DNA of 64,000 nucleotides from Flavobacteriales bacterium (GCA_002722245.1 PBLA01000001.1:22292-86291), one strand, 5' to 3'; counted from the stretch's first letter, positions 9,425 through 18,727 are shown. The notes: a model not told the origin generated them from the sequence alone. Program-made: numbers and translations.

Positions 9425-10822
9425 ATGGAATATGCAATCGTTGATATTGAAACAACTGGTGGATTTGGCGCTAAAAATAAGATTACTGAGATTGCAATTA
9501 TTATTCATAATGGGGTGAAAGAGCTTGAGCGTTATTCTACTTTAGTTGATCCACAAGCATTTATTCCAAAAAATATTACGGCGTTAACGGGCATTACAAA
9601 CGAAATGGTAGAAGGTGCACCTCCTTTTTATGAGGTAGCTAAAACGGTTTGGGAAATGACAGAGGGGAGAATTTTTGTAGCGCACAATGTGGGTTTTGAT
9701 TACAATATTATTCGGAATGAGTTTAGCGAATTGGGTGCAAAATTTCAACGTAAAAAACTTTGTACTGTGCGATTGGCAAAAAAAATCTTCCCTGGTAAAC
9801 CCTCTTATAGCCTTGGTAATTTGTGTGAAGGGTTGGGTATTCCATTAAAAAATAGGCACAGAGCGCTTGGAGATACAGAGGCAACAGCATTGCTTTTTAA
9901 AATGATGATTAGCATGAAAAGTGATGATGCTTTTCAAAAAGAATTAACTACGTTAAATAAGGAAGCAAAGCTACCTGCTAAGCTTGATGCGGACGTTTAT
10001 CATAGGCTACCTGAAGGGTGTGGCGTGTATTATTTTTACAACGAGAGTAAGGAAGTTATTTATGTTGGTAAAGCGAAGAATATAAAGAAGCGGGTTACGC
10101 AACATTTTACGGCTGTAGATTCTTCCACTCGAAAGAATAATATGATGCGTGACATTGCTGATGTTTCATATGAGCTTACGGGCTCTGAACTCGTTGCGCT
10201 TTTAAAAGAATCTGAGGAAATAAAAACAATTTCACCATTATTTAATCGAGCACAAAAACGCATTAGAATGAATGCGGGTATTATTCGTTATTTTGATCAA
10301 AATGGTTATTTAAGATTGGGGATTGATCGAAAATCAACGTTGAATGCGCCGTCTTTTTTAAAGTTCTCTTCTCAACAGGATGCGCGTAGCTTTTTACATC
10401 GTTTAGTGGACAAAGGGAATCTGTGTCAAAAGATGGTTGGGTTACAAACAGGTGAAGGGGGGTGTTTTGAAGTCCAATTGGGAATGTGTAATGGGGCTTG
10501 TATAAAAGAAGAATCTCCTGATGTATATAATGCAAGAGTGAGTAAGGCTTTGAAGAATGTTTCGCTTGCTGGCGATAGTTATTTAATTAAAGATGTTGGT
10601 CGTGATCGCGATGAGTTTTCAGCGATATGGATTCAGAATGGTGCTTATAAAGGATTTGGTTTTTTTAGTCATGATGTTCATGATCCTCAACTAATAAAAG
10701 AGGGTATTACTCAGGCAATGGATAATAGAGACGTTATTATGATTATTAAATCGTATTTATCACGGCATTCATTACCTATTATTCCTATTGAAAACACGAG
10801 GGAGAAAGGGGAGTTATTTTAG
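9425..10822 (+). CDS. DEDDh 3'-5' exonuclease (DnaQ/epsilon-like) fused to a GIY-YIG nuclease domain
   Basis: ExoI 'AIVDIETTG', ExoII 'FVAHNVGFDYNI', ExoIII 'HRALGDTEA'. These are followed by GIY-YIG 'GVYYFYNESKEVIYVGKAKNIKKRVTQH'. Confidence 0.8.
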   Translation: MEYAIVDIETTGGFGAKNKITEIAIIIHNGVKELERYSTLVDPQAFIPKNITALTGITNEMVEGAPPFYEVAKTVWEMTEGRIFVAHNVGFDYNIIRNEFSELGAKFQRKKLCTVRLAKKIFPGKPSYSLGNLCEGLGIPLKNRHRALGDTEATALLFKMMISMKSDDAFQKELTTLNKEAKLPAKLDADVYHRLPEGCGVYYFYNESKEVIYVGKAKNIKKRVTQHFTAVDSSTRKNNMMRDIADVSYELTGSELVALLKESEEIKTISPLFNRAQKRIRMNAGIIRYFDQNGYLRLGIDRKSTLNAPSFLKFSSQQDARSFLHRLVDKGNLCQKMVGLQTGEGGCFEVQLGMCNGACIKEESPDVYNARVSKALKNVSLAGDSYLIKDVGRDRDEFSAIWIQNGAYKGFGFFSHDVHDPQLIKEGITQAMDNRDVIMIIKSYLSRHSLPIIPIENTREKGELF

Positions 10823-11710
10823 TGTTATGTGGCTTATAATGTCCTCTATTTGCTGCGGAGTAAACCATGTTATTTCTTTATTTCGCTTAAAAAAAGTCAG
10901 TTGTCTTTTGGCAAATCTTCGTGTGTTTTGTTTTACTAGTTCAATGGCCTTTTGAGTGTTTTGGGGATTTTGGTAAAACTCTTGGTAACCCACAGTTTTT
11001 AAACAGGTTAAATCTTTGTTTGATTCAAGGGCACGAACTTCGTCCAGTAAGCCATTTTTAATCATTACATCAACTCTCTGGTTGATGTTTTTATATACTT
11101 CGGCTCGATCAAGGTTCAATCCAATCCATGTGATATTAAATGGCCGTATCTTTTTCTGAAGATTTCTAAAGGTGGAATAGGGCTGACCAGAGACTCTGTA
11201 GGTTTCAAGTGCGCGTATGACTCTATGTGGATTTTGTTGGTCTACCTGCTCAAAATAGATCGGATCAACTTTTTTAAGTTCAGTTTGTAAAACTTGAAGC
11301 CCTTCTGTTTTCCATATTTGAATCAATTGATCTCGAACGTCTGGGTTACAGGGAATGTCATCTAATCCATAACAAACTGCATTCACAAATAACCCGCTTC
11401 CACCTACGAGAATAGCTTTGTTTTGAGTTTGAAAGATGTTTTCAAGTTTTTGTATGGCTTCTTTTTCAAAATCACCTGCGGTATAGTTTTGTTGGATGGA
11501 TAAGTGATTTATAAAATGATGAGGGACACCTTCCATCTCTTGGGATGTAGGTTTGGCAGTGCCTATGGCCATTTCTTGGTAAAACTGTCTGGAGTCTGCG
11601 CTAAGTATTTCGCAATTAAAATGCTTGGCGATTTTGATACTAAGTGCAGTTTTCCCTATAGCCGTAGGGCCTACAATAACAATAAGTTGTTTCTCCGGAT
11701 TGGTGGACAA
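10814..11710 (-). CDS. miaA: tRNA dimethylallyltransferase
   Basis: P-loop 'IVGPTAIGKTALSI', 'SADSRQFYQEMAIGTAKP', 'YAKRQLTFF'-like 'FAKRQLTFF'. Confidence 0.92.
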   Translation of the reverse strand: MSTNPEKQLIVIVGPTAIGKTALSIKIAKHFNCEILSADSRQFYQEMAIGTAKPTSQEMEGVPHHFINHLSIQQNYTAGDFEKEAIQKLENIFQTQNKAILVGGSGLFVNAVCYGLDDIPCNPDVRDQLIQIWKTEGLQVLQTELKKVDPIYFEQVDQQNPHRVIRALETYRVSGQPYSTFRNLQKKIRPFNITWIGLNLDRAEVYKNINQRVDVMIKNGLLDEVRALESNKDLTCLKTVGYQEFYQNPQNTQKAIELVKQNTRRFAKRQLTFFKRNKEITWFTPQQIEDIISHITLK

Positions 11711-11713
11711 GAT

Positions 11714-12244
11714 TTAAATATCTAGGTCATCAATATTTTCAAAGGTTGGTTCATCGTCCTCATCTTCATTGAGAAGAGCATCAGATGGTTCTTCTAAATC
11801 ATCAAATGTGATATCGGACAACTGGTTGACCTCTGGGGAATAACTTCCAACTTCTGCTAAGAGAACAGGTACGTCTTCTTTGATTTCTGTATTTTCTCCT
11901 ATTCGTTCAATTTTAAATTTTTTGGGAAATAAGAAATCATAGGTGAATTTGTAATATTTAACATCTTGTTCAACAGATTGTGCAATTGTGAATTCCTGCA
12001 TAAGGATATTTACTGATTCATGCTCCATCGTACCCATATCCATTAGGGTTATTTCTAAACCTTCTTCCCAGTTTTCTGTACACGTGTAAAAGCTTGCCAT
12101 TTCACCTTCTTGAAGTCCGTAGGCATCCAAAATCGCAAAGTGAAAATCTTCTAAGGTTTTGTCTTCCTGAATTAAGATGTCTCTGTAGATTTCTTCTTCG
12201 TTGCCTTCAATATTGGGTGAAATTCTGTAAACAAATGCTTTCAT
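11714..12244 (-). CDS. hypothetical protein with acidic C-terminal tail (possibly pRiA4b ORF-3-like fold)
   Basis: The N-terminal pattern 'IYRDILIQEDKTLEDFHFAILDAYG' loosely resembles PF07929. The C-terminus is poly-D/E. Weak assignment. Confidence 0.3.
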   Translation of the reverse strand: MKAFVYRISPNIEGNEEEIYRDILIQEDKTLEDFHFAILDAYGLQEGEMASFYTCTENWEEGLEITLMDMGTMEHESVNILMQEFTIAQSVEQDVKYYKFTYDFLFPKKFKIERIGENTEIKEDVPVLLAEVGSYSPEVNQLSDITFDDLEEPSDALLNEDEDDEPTFENIDDLDI

Positions 12245-12284
12245 GGGTTGTCTTTAAACTATTAATGTAACAAATATGCAGATT

Positions 12285-13703
12285 TTAGTTGATTTTCTTC
12301 ACTAAAGTGAGTCCAATTTCTTGTCCTTTTTTTTCCATGAACGCAATAGCTGCTTTTCGTTCATTGGGTATGTGCCCCTCTAAGATGGCTTCTTTTATGG
12401 CTTCTTTAATTTCACCAATTTTAGGAGAGGGGTTTAAATCAAAGGCCTCAATAATTTCTTTTCCGTCAACAGGAGGTTGAAAATTTCTAATTTGATCTCG
12501 TTCTTCAACGTCTTTGAGTTTTTGTCGAACCAATTGGAAGTTGTTCAGGTATTTTGCAACCTTTTGTTTGTTTTTTGAAGTGATATCAGCTTCACAGAGG
12601 GTCATTAAGTCGTCTACGTCATTTCCTGCGTCAAAAAGGAGTCTTCTCACGGCTGAGTCCGTAACTACTTCTTGAGCAAGTACAATTGGCCGCAAATGAA
12701 GGTTTACCAGTTTTTGAACAAATTTCATTTTCTGGTCCAATGGTAGCTTTAATCGTTTAAATATTTTCGGCACCCACTTGGCTCCCAAAGGTTCATGGCC
12801 ATGGAAGGTCCACCCTGCTTTTTTATCAAATCTTTGGGTGGCCGGTTTAGCGATGTCGTGCAATAATGCAGCCCATCTTAACCATAAATTATTGGTGTTT
12901 ACACTGATATTATCGACTACCTGTAGGGTGTGGTAAAAATTATCTTTATGTTTTTGACCGTTCATTTCTTTTACTCCCTGAAGTTTTACCATTTCAGGAA
13001 AGAATTGATGAAGTAATTTCGTGTTGAACAGGAGCTTTAAGCCAACCGAGGGGACAGGGGCAAGCATAATTTTATTAAACTCATCCATAATCCGCTCTAC
13101 TGATACAATTTTAAGTCGCTCTGCATTTTGCTGAATGGCTTCAAACGACTTTTCTTCAATTGTAAAACCTAATTGTGTGGCAAATCGAATGGCTCGCATC
13201 ATTCTTAAAGGATCGTCGCTGTATGTGATAGAAGGATCTAATGGTGTGATTAGTCGTTTATCCTTCATATCTTTTAAGCCACCAAAAGGATCAATAAGTT
13301 TCCCGTAATTTGCCTTTTCTAAACTTAATGCCAAGGCATTAATAGTGAAGTCTCTTCGTTCTTGATCTTCTTCAAGAGAGCCGTCTTCAACAATAGGTTT
13401 TCGAGAATCGCGCGTGTATGATTCTTTACGGGCTCCTACAAATTCAATTTCCAATCCTTTGTAATTAAAGGCTGCTGTTCCAAAGGATTTGAAAACAGCA
13501 ACTTTTGGATTTCCTACTTTTTTAGCTGCAGCTAACGCTAATTCGATGCCTTTTCCTTCTACGACAATATCAATGTCCTTTGATGGTCTTTTCAGGTAAA
13601 GATCTCTCACGTATCCACCAATTACAAATGCTCTCACATTAAGTTCGGCGGCTGTTTCAGAAATAATTTCAAAAATTTTATGTTTCAGCAAATCTTTACT
13701 CAA
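12285..13703 (-). CDS. tRNA nucleotidyltransferase/poly(A) polymerase family protein with HD domain (CCA-adding enzyme-like)
   Basis: '[22 protein letters not shown]' nucleotidyltransferase head, '[12 protein letters not shown]', HD region 'LLHDIAKP'. Confidence 0.85.
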   Translation of the reverse strand: MSKDLLKHKIFEIISETAAELNVRAFVIGGYVRDLYLKRPSKDIDIVVEGKGIELALAAAKKVGNPKVAVFKSFGTAAFNYKGLEIEFVGARKESYTRDSRKPIVEDGSLEEDQERRDFTINALALSLEKANYGKLIDPFGGLKDMKDKRLITPLDPSITYSDDPLRMMRAIRFATQLGFTIEEKSFEAIQQNAERLKIVSVERIMDEFNKIMLAPVPSVGLKLLFNTKLLHQFFPEMVKLQGVKEMNGQKHKDNFYHTLQVVDNISVNTNNLWLRWAALLHDIAKPATQRFDKKAGWTFHGHEPLGAKWVPKIFKRLKLPLDQKMKFVQKLVNLHLRPIVLAQEVVTDSAVRRLLFDAGNDVDDLMTLCEADITSKNKQKVAKYLNNFQLVRQKLKDVEERDQIRNFQPPVDGKEIIEAFDLNPSPKIGEIKEAIKEAILEGHIPNERKAAIAFMEKKGQEIGLTLVKKIN

Positions 13704-14261
13704 TTAAGGTCGGATTATTTCTACTTCATCACCATTTAGTTTTACAATCCTTGATGGTGTACTTGTAGGAGTGTAGTCGGTTTGCAAATTTAAGGCATAA
13801 TCTATAGCCTCCAAAATAGCAGGAGAAAGTTCTTCATAGGTTTGTGCTGCAGGGGATCCACTGATATTCGCTGAAGTGGATACGATGGGCGCTCCAAATT
13901 GCGTGATTAATGTCTTAATTTGAGGGTGCCCTGTTATTCTAAAAGCTAAACTATGATCATCTGCGAGAAGTGAAGGGGGTAAACCTTTAATGTTTGAGAA
14001 AATCACAGTTGTGGGGCGATCCGATAAAAGCCATTCTCTTTGCTTTTTATTGATCACGCCAACATAGTGTTCCAGCATTTCAATGGAGTCTACTAAAACG
14101 ATAAATGATTTGTTAGATGGTCTATTTTTTATGGTGTAAATACGTTCAATTTGCGCCTCACTTAAAGCAGAACAGCTTAAACCCCATACTGTTTCTGTAG
14201 GCGTTGCTATTACTCCAGGTTTTTTTAGATGGTATAGTGCTTCTTGGATTTTTTTTTCCAT
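13704..14261 (-). CDS. tsaC: L-threonylcarbamoyladenylate synthase (TsaC/YrdC family)
   Basis: 'IATPTETVWGLSC', 'KNRPSNKSFIVLV', 'STSANISG' YrdC/Sua5 motifs. 185 aa single-domain form. Confidence 0.85.
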   Translation of the reverse strand: MEKKIQEALYHLKKPGVIATPTETVWGLSCSALSEAQIERIYTIKNRPSNKSFIVLVDSIEMLEHYVGVINKKQREWLLSDRPTTVIFSNIKGLPPSLLADDHSLAFRITGHPQIKTLITQFGAPIVSTSANISGSPAAQTYEELSPAILEAIDYALNLQTDYTPTSTPSRIVKLNGDEVEIIRP

Positions 14262-14265
14262 GACC

Positions 14266-14273
14266 CAAATTTA
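14266..14273 (-). promoter_or_regulatory. -7 promoter box TAAATTTG (minus strand), 4 nt upstream of tsaC ATG
   Basis: Plus-strand caaattta at 14266-14273. Only 'ggtc' separates it from ATG 14261. Confidence 0.45.
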
Positions 14274-14347
14274 CAATAGTTATATAGAATTTAAAGTTTG
14301 TTTTTTTTAGGTGTTAAAACAATTCCTATTTTTATTTTATTTCAATT

Positions 14348-14722
14348 ATGTTGAAGCGTTTATTTTTAATTAGCATCTTATCTGTTTTTCTTTTTGGATG
14401 CAAAAAAGATGAGAGGTTAGAGGAGTATCTTTTTAAGTCATGGACATTGCATTGGAAGCAGTGTGGTTTGTATTACAATAGATATAATGCTCAACTAACT
14501 TTTACTGAAACTGATACTACAAATTTTGGCATTTATTCGGAGCAGGGTTATAATGATGTTACGTTTGATTTTACTATACTAAGTGATCAGGAGGTTCTCT
14601 TATATAATGCTACTGATGATCAGTGGGATGGGGTGCTCAACATTCATTCTTTCGGAAATAATAGATTGGAGATTTCAAGACCCAAAAAAGGATGCGAAAA
14701 TGAATTGTTTCAATTTAATTAG
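14348..14722 (+). CDS. hypothetical lipoprotein
   Basis: Lipobox 'FLFGC' at residues 14-18. No recognisable family. Confidence 0.5.
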   Translation: MLKRLFLISILSVFLFGCKKDERLEEYLFKSWTLHWKQCGLYYNRYNAQLTFTETDTTNFGIYSEQGYNDVTFDFTILSDQEVLLYNATDDQWDGVLNIHSFGNNRLEISRPKKGCENELFQFN

Positions 14723-14751
14723 TTTGGAATGGTTTTTGTTCCTTGAGTAAC

Positions 14752-15345
14752 ATGAGGTATTTAGTCATTTTTTTTCTGGTGTTCACTTTTTCGCTTTCTG
14801 CTCAAAGTGAGCAGGATCAAGCGGTGTTTAAACATAAGGTGTGGAGAGTGGTTGATGTTTCGAATACGAAACAGAGTTTTTTTGATGAACAAGATAAGTA
14901 TTTAGGGAGTAGAGAGGTGTTTGCCACTCAAACCATATACAAGGACAAATGGAAACGGACAATCAAGGTAATCCAAACAGCCACAGTAAATCAACCTCCT
15001 GTAGAAAAGATCAAAAGAAATAGCAGGAAGGAGGATGTTAATGTTCGCAGAGCAAACCAGGTTATTGTTCGAAGAAATAAAGCGTGGTTTTATGATGAAA
15101 ATGGAAAGGTAACGCGAACTGCGAAAAGAAGAGGGCGAAAAGTGTTTTTTCATCAATCGGACGGGAAGCTAATTGGATATAAAGTATATAGAAGAGATGG
15201 TTCTAAAATTTACAAGGATGCTCGTGGAAGGACAACAGGGAGCAGTCATATTGATAAATCAGGAAGGTTGATTTACAGAGCAAAAAACAGGAGGTTGAGA
15301 ACACCAAGAGTTTTATTTGAGGATCCGTTCTTATACTCTCGATAA
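14752..15345 (+). CDS. hypothetical secreted, highly basic protein with YD-like short repeats
   Basis: Signal peptide 'MRYLVIFFLVFTFSLSAQ'. The C-terminal half has repeated D-x-x-G-K/R-hydrophobic units (YDENGKVTRT, SDGKLIGYKVY, RDGSKIYKDA, DKSGRLIYRA). ATG 14752 preferred over TTG 14743. Confidence 0.5.
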   Translation: MRYLVIFFLVFTFSLSAQSEQDQAVFKHKVWRVVDVSNTKQSFFDEQDKYLGSREVFATQTIYKDKWKRTIKVIQTATVNQPPVEKIKRNSRKEDVNVRRANQVIVRRNKAWFYDENGKVTRTAKRRGRKVFFHQSDGKLIGYKVYRRDGSKIYKDARGRTTGSSHIDKSGRLIYRAKNRRLRTPRVLFEDPFLYSR

Positions 15346-15376
15346 GAGTACTGTTGATGTAGGTATTCTAGTGTAT

Positions 15377-16960
15377 TTAAAATTCACTGGTGAAGTGAAA
15401 CTCAATATCGGTATACTTCTCCTGTGCTAAATCAAGTGCATATCTCGAATCTGCTAAGAAAACATCTCTTCCGTCCTTATCTTTCGCAAGGTTATGAAGT
15501 TTTCGCAATTTAAAGTCTTTTAATTGTTCTTCGTTTTCACTAGTAAACCAACATGCTTTAAATAAGTTGATTGGTTCGTAACGACATTTAGCATTGTATT
15601 CGTGCTCTAAACGGTATTGAATAACTTCATACTGAAGTTGACCAACTGTCCCAATGATTTTACGGTTGTTGTCTACTTTCGTAAATAACTGAGCAACACC
15701 TTCATCCATTAATTGGTCAACACCTTTATTGAGTTGTTTTGTTTTTAATGGATCAGCGTTTTCAATGTATTTGAACTGTTCTGGAGAGAAAGACGGAATT
15801 CCGCTGAACATAAACTTTTCTCCTTCGGTTAAAGTATCTCCAATTTTGAAGTTTCCTGAATCGTATAAACCAACGATGTCACCTGCGTAAGAATCTTCAA
15901 CTACTTCTTTCTTTGAAGCCATGAAAGCTGTTGGGTTTGAGAATTTTAACTTTTTGTTGTTTCTTACATGAAGGTAATTTGTGTTTCTTGAGAATTTACC
16001 TGAAACTATCTTTACGAAAGCAATTCTATCACGGTGTTTAGGATCCATGTTTGCATGAATTTTAAACACAAAACCAGAGAACTTTTCGTCGTATGGAGAG
16101 ATCTCTCTGATGTCCGATTCTTTTGGTTGTGGCTTAGGAGCGATCCTAACGAAACAGTCCAATAATTCCTGAACCCCAAAGTTATTTAAAGCAGAGCCAA
16201 AGAACACAGGAGAAACCTTTCCTTCAAGGTATTTCTCATTGGTGTATTCAGGATAAACCGTTTCAATGAGCTCTAACTCTTCTCTTAATGTTCCAGCAGC
16301 ATCAGATCCAACGATATCATCTAATTCACTTGATTCAATATCATTAACAGAAACAACATCACTCACATGCTGTTTATTTTCAGAAGAAAATAGGTTTAAT
16401 CCCTTTTCATAGATATTATAAACGCCTTGAAAGTCATCTCCTTGACCTATCGGCCAAGATAAAGGATGAACATTAATTCCTAATTTCTGCTCAACTTCAT
16501 CTAGTAAATCAAACGCATCTTTTCCATAACGATCCAATTTATTAATGAAAACAATGATAGGGGTATCGCGCATTTTACATACCTCAACCAGTTTTTCAGT
16601 TTGCGCTTCAACACCTTTTGCTACATCAATAACTACTATAACCGAATCAGCAGCTGTAAGGGTCCGATAGGTGTCTTCTGCAAAATCTTTGTGACCAGGG
16701 GTGTCCAAGATATTTATTTTTAAACCTTGGTAACCAAATCCCATTACGGAAGTAGCAACAGATATTCCTCTTTGCTTTTCAATCTCCATAAAATCGGAAG
16801 TAGCTGATTTTTTAATTTTATTAGATTTTACAGCACCTGCAGTTTGAATGGCACCTCCAAAAAGAAGAAGTTTTTCCGTTAAGGTTGTTTTACCAGCATC
16901 TGGGTGAGAAACAATAGCAAACGTTCTCCTTAAATCGATTTCTTCTTGCAGTTTAGACAT
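15377..16960 (-). CDS. prfC: peptide chain release factor 3
   Basis: '[29 protein letters not shown]', 'DTPGHKDF', 'NKLDR' GTPase motifs. 527 aa. Confidence 0.95.
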   Translation of the reverse strand: MSKLQEEIDLRRTFAIVSHPDAGKTTLTEKLLLFGGAIQTAGAVKSNKIKKSATSDFMEIEKQRGISVATSVMGFGYQGLKINILDTPGHKDFAEDTYRTLTAADSVIVVIDVAKGVEAQTEKLVEVCKMRDTPIIVFINKLDRYGKDAFDLLDEVEQKLGINVHPLSWPIGQGDDFQGVYNIYEKGLNLFSSENKQHVSDVVSVNDIESSELDDIVGSDAAGTLREELELIETVYPEYTNEKYLEGKVSPVFFGSALNNFGVQELLDCFVRIAPKPQPKESDIREISPYDEKFSGFVFKIHANMDPKHRDRIAFVKIVSGKFSRNTNYLHVRNNKKLKFSNPTAFMASKKEVVEDSYAGDIVGLYDSGNFKIGDTLTEGEKFMFSGIPSFSPEQFKYIENADPLKTKQLNKGVDQLMDEGVAQLFTKVDNNRKIIGTVGQLQYEVIQYRLEHEYNAKCRYEPINLFKACWFTSENEEQLKDFKLRKLHNLAKDKDGRDVFLADSRYALDLAQEKYTDIEFHFTSEF

Positions 16961-16979
16961 GTCAACTAATTTTGAGGTG

Positions 16980-16987
16980 CAAAGTTA
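16980..16987 (-). promoter_or_regulatory. -7 promoter box TAACTTTG (minus strand) for prfC
   Basis: Plus-strand caaagtta. 19 nt upstream of ATG 16960. Confidence 0.5.
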
Positions 16988-17065
16988 ACCATTTGTTGTG
17001 AGGGGAGCGAAGAAATGGGTGGTACTCTTTTTGAAAATAAAGGGTTTCTACCCGTAAATTATATA

Positions 17066-17073
17066 TAGTTTTG
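17066..17073 (+). promoter_or_regulatory. -7 promoter box TAGTTTTG, 4 nt upstream of nth ATG
   Basis: Exact TAnnTTTG. Gap 17074-17077 (tgct), then ATG 17078. Confidence 0.45.
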
Positions 17074-17077
17074 TGCT

Positions 17078-17707
17078 ATGAAAAAGGCAGATAAGGTTGC
17101 TGAAATTATTTCGATTTTACAAAAGGAGTTTCCAGATACTCCTGTTCCCTTAGATCATAAGGATGAATATACGTTATTGATTGCTGTTTTATTGTCTGCG
17201 CAATGTACTGATGAGCGCGTGAATAAAATTACACCCTTGTTATTTGAAAAAGCAGATAATCCTATGGATATGCTGCAATTAACTGTGGATGAAATTCGCG
17301 AAATTATAAAGCCTTGTGGTTTATCTCCACGAAAGTCTAAAGCTATTTACGACTTGTCTCAAATCCTAATGGATGAACATGGAGGACAAGTTCCGGCTTC
17401 TTTTGAATCATTAGAGGCTTTACCTGGGGTTGGGCATAAAACAGCTTCAGTAGTTATGGCTCAAGCATTTAATGTTCCTGCGTTTCCAGTGGATACCCAT
17501 ATTCATCGATTGATGTATCGTTGGGGATTGAGTAATGGGAAAAATGTGGAACAAACAGAAAAGGATGCCAAGCGTTTGTTTCCAAAGGAAATTTGGAATG
17601 ATCTTCATTTACAAATTATATTCTTCGGAAGAAAATATTGTCCAGCAAGAGGACATAAGGTTGAGGCGTGTCCTATATGCTCGAAGCATGGTAGAAAAGG
17701 TATTTAA
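17078..17707 (+). CDS. nth: endonuclease III (HhH-GPD DNA glycosylase/lyase)
   Basis: 'LLSAQCTDERVN', HhH 'LEALPGVGHKTASVVM' with the catalytic Lys, 'VDTHIHRL' with the catalytic Asp. The C-terminal Cys cluster is atypical (see findings). Confidence 0.88.
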   Translation: MKKADKVAEIISILQKEFPDTPVPLDHKDEYTLLIAVLLSAQCTDERVNKITPLLFEKADNPMDMLQLTVDEIREIIKPCGLSPRKSKAIYDLSQILMDEHGGQVPASFESLEALPGVGHKTASVVMAQAFNVPAFPVDTHIHRLMYRWGLSNGKNVEQTEKDAKRLFPKEIWNDLHLQIIFFGRKYCPARGHKVEACPICSKHGRKGI

Positions 17708-17719
17708 TTTTTACCACAA

Positions 17720-18727
17720 TTATTCGTGTCCTCTTTTTAGGGAAAATAATGATTTTACTGTAACAATGTTAAGAGGGAATTCAAGTAGAACGTGTAAAAA
17801 GCTAAGGAAAAATAATACGGTGAATCCTAGCTTATAATCAAGGAAATAGAGTAGAATAGAAATTAGCCAGAAACCAATAATGATATAGGCTTTTTTTCCT
17901 TTAAGTGTTTTTTGCCAACCAATAATGGAGGTTTTTGAGAACCAGTTTAGATAATGGTATGTGTAGGCAAATGAAATGAATATTTGAACTTTTATGGCTA
18001 TTGAAAATATGTTCCTTTTTTCGGGGCTAAACCATTCGGTTAGGATTGAACTTACCCCAATCATATTGGTGGCGGTAAAATTGCTTTGCACTTCTTTTGA
18101 AACGATTAGTGGTTGTGATGGAATATTAAGCGTGGAAATTATAAATGGAACTAACGCAATAAGAATAGAGAGGTAATAGCCCGGTTTACTTTTTGACTTT
18201 CGAGCTCCAAATAAAACGAAAAGCAAGGTAAATATATACACATGAACTACCGTGGGAATTAAAAACCCTAATAGATTGAAAAAATTAGGCTTTAGTTGAT
18301 CAAAAAGAAAAATAAGACCAATAATGGGTAGTAAAGAAAAAACTCTGAATATTGTTTTTTTAACCGAAACAAGAATTACAGAAAAAAGAAGAGCCCCTGT
18401 AATTAATCGGGATCCAATAATATTCGCGAGGTGTATTTCTTGGGAGATTTGAGTGTTTAATAAGTCATCAATGTACCTTGATATAGGAAAAATGGAAATT
18501 ACTAGGCAGCATGTGATAAAAAAGTATATCCAGTGCTTGGACCGTTTAAAAAAGTAATCTTTTTTGTTTAGCCAGTTAATTTCCGTGAGGTAGTGAAGCG
18601 GACCTAAAATTGCATAGGAGAACAGAAAAAGTTCAAATGGGACTTTTATAGCAATAGCCAATGATACAAAAACCAGGAGGATGTTTATTCGGTCAATGTT
18701 TTTTGGATCATTTAAACTTAATGCCAT
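17720..18727 (-). CDS. polytopic membrane protein of unknown function with duplicated His motif
   Basis: About 9-10 hydrophobic segments. 'LHYLTEINWLNK' and 'VVHVYIF' occur in the N-terminal half, 'YHYLNWFSK' and 'FLHVLLEF' in the C-terminal half. Lies 31 nt downstream of the 1551-aa gene on the same strand. Confidence 0.6.
   Translation of the reverse strand: MALSLNDPKNIDRINILLVFVSLAIAIKVPFELFLFSYAILGPLHYLTEINWLNKKDYFFKRSKHWIYFFITCCLVISIFPISRYIDDLLNTQISQEIHLANIIGSRLITGALLFSVILVSVKKTIFRVFSLLPIIGLIFLFDQLKPNFFNLLGFLIPTVVHVYIFTLLFVLFGARKSKSKPGYYLSILIALVPFIISTLNIPSQPLIVSKEVQSNFTATNMIGVSSILTEWFSPEKRNIFSIAIKVQIFISFAYTYHYLNWFSKTSIIGWQKTLKGKKAYIIIGFWLISILLYFLDYKLGFTVLFFLSFLHVLLEFPLNIVTVKSLFSLKRGHE

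Noticed and set aside
17535-17837. 100-aa plus-strand ORF spanning the nth 3' end and the following membrane-protein gene
   Set aside because: It overlaps two well-supported genes in alternative frames and has no promoter box and no motif. I also checked it as a possible frameshifted continuation that would supply the missing fourth Cys of Nth. The nearest Cys is over 20 codons away, so it does not restore the cluster motif.
17720-18727. Whether this His-rich polytopic membrane protein could be the missing retinal-forming Blh/Brp dioxygenase for the rhodopsin
   Set aside because: Blh/Brp proteins carry recognisable 'PHGAxD', 'HFG..D', 'HSxRH' and 'PHM' contexts. This ORF instead has 'HYLTEINW', 'HVYIF', 'HYLNWF' and 'HVLLEF', and it lies 30 kb away in an operon with an unrelated giant protein. 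Nothing supports a Blh call.
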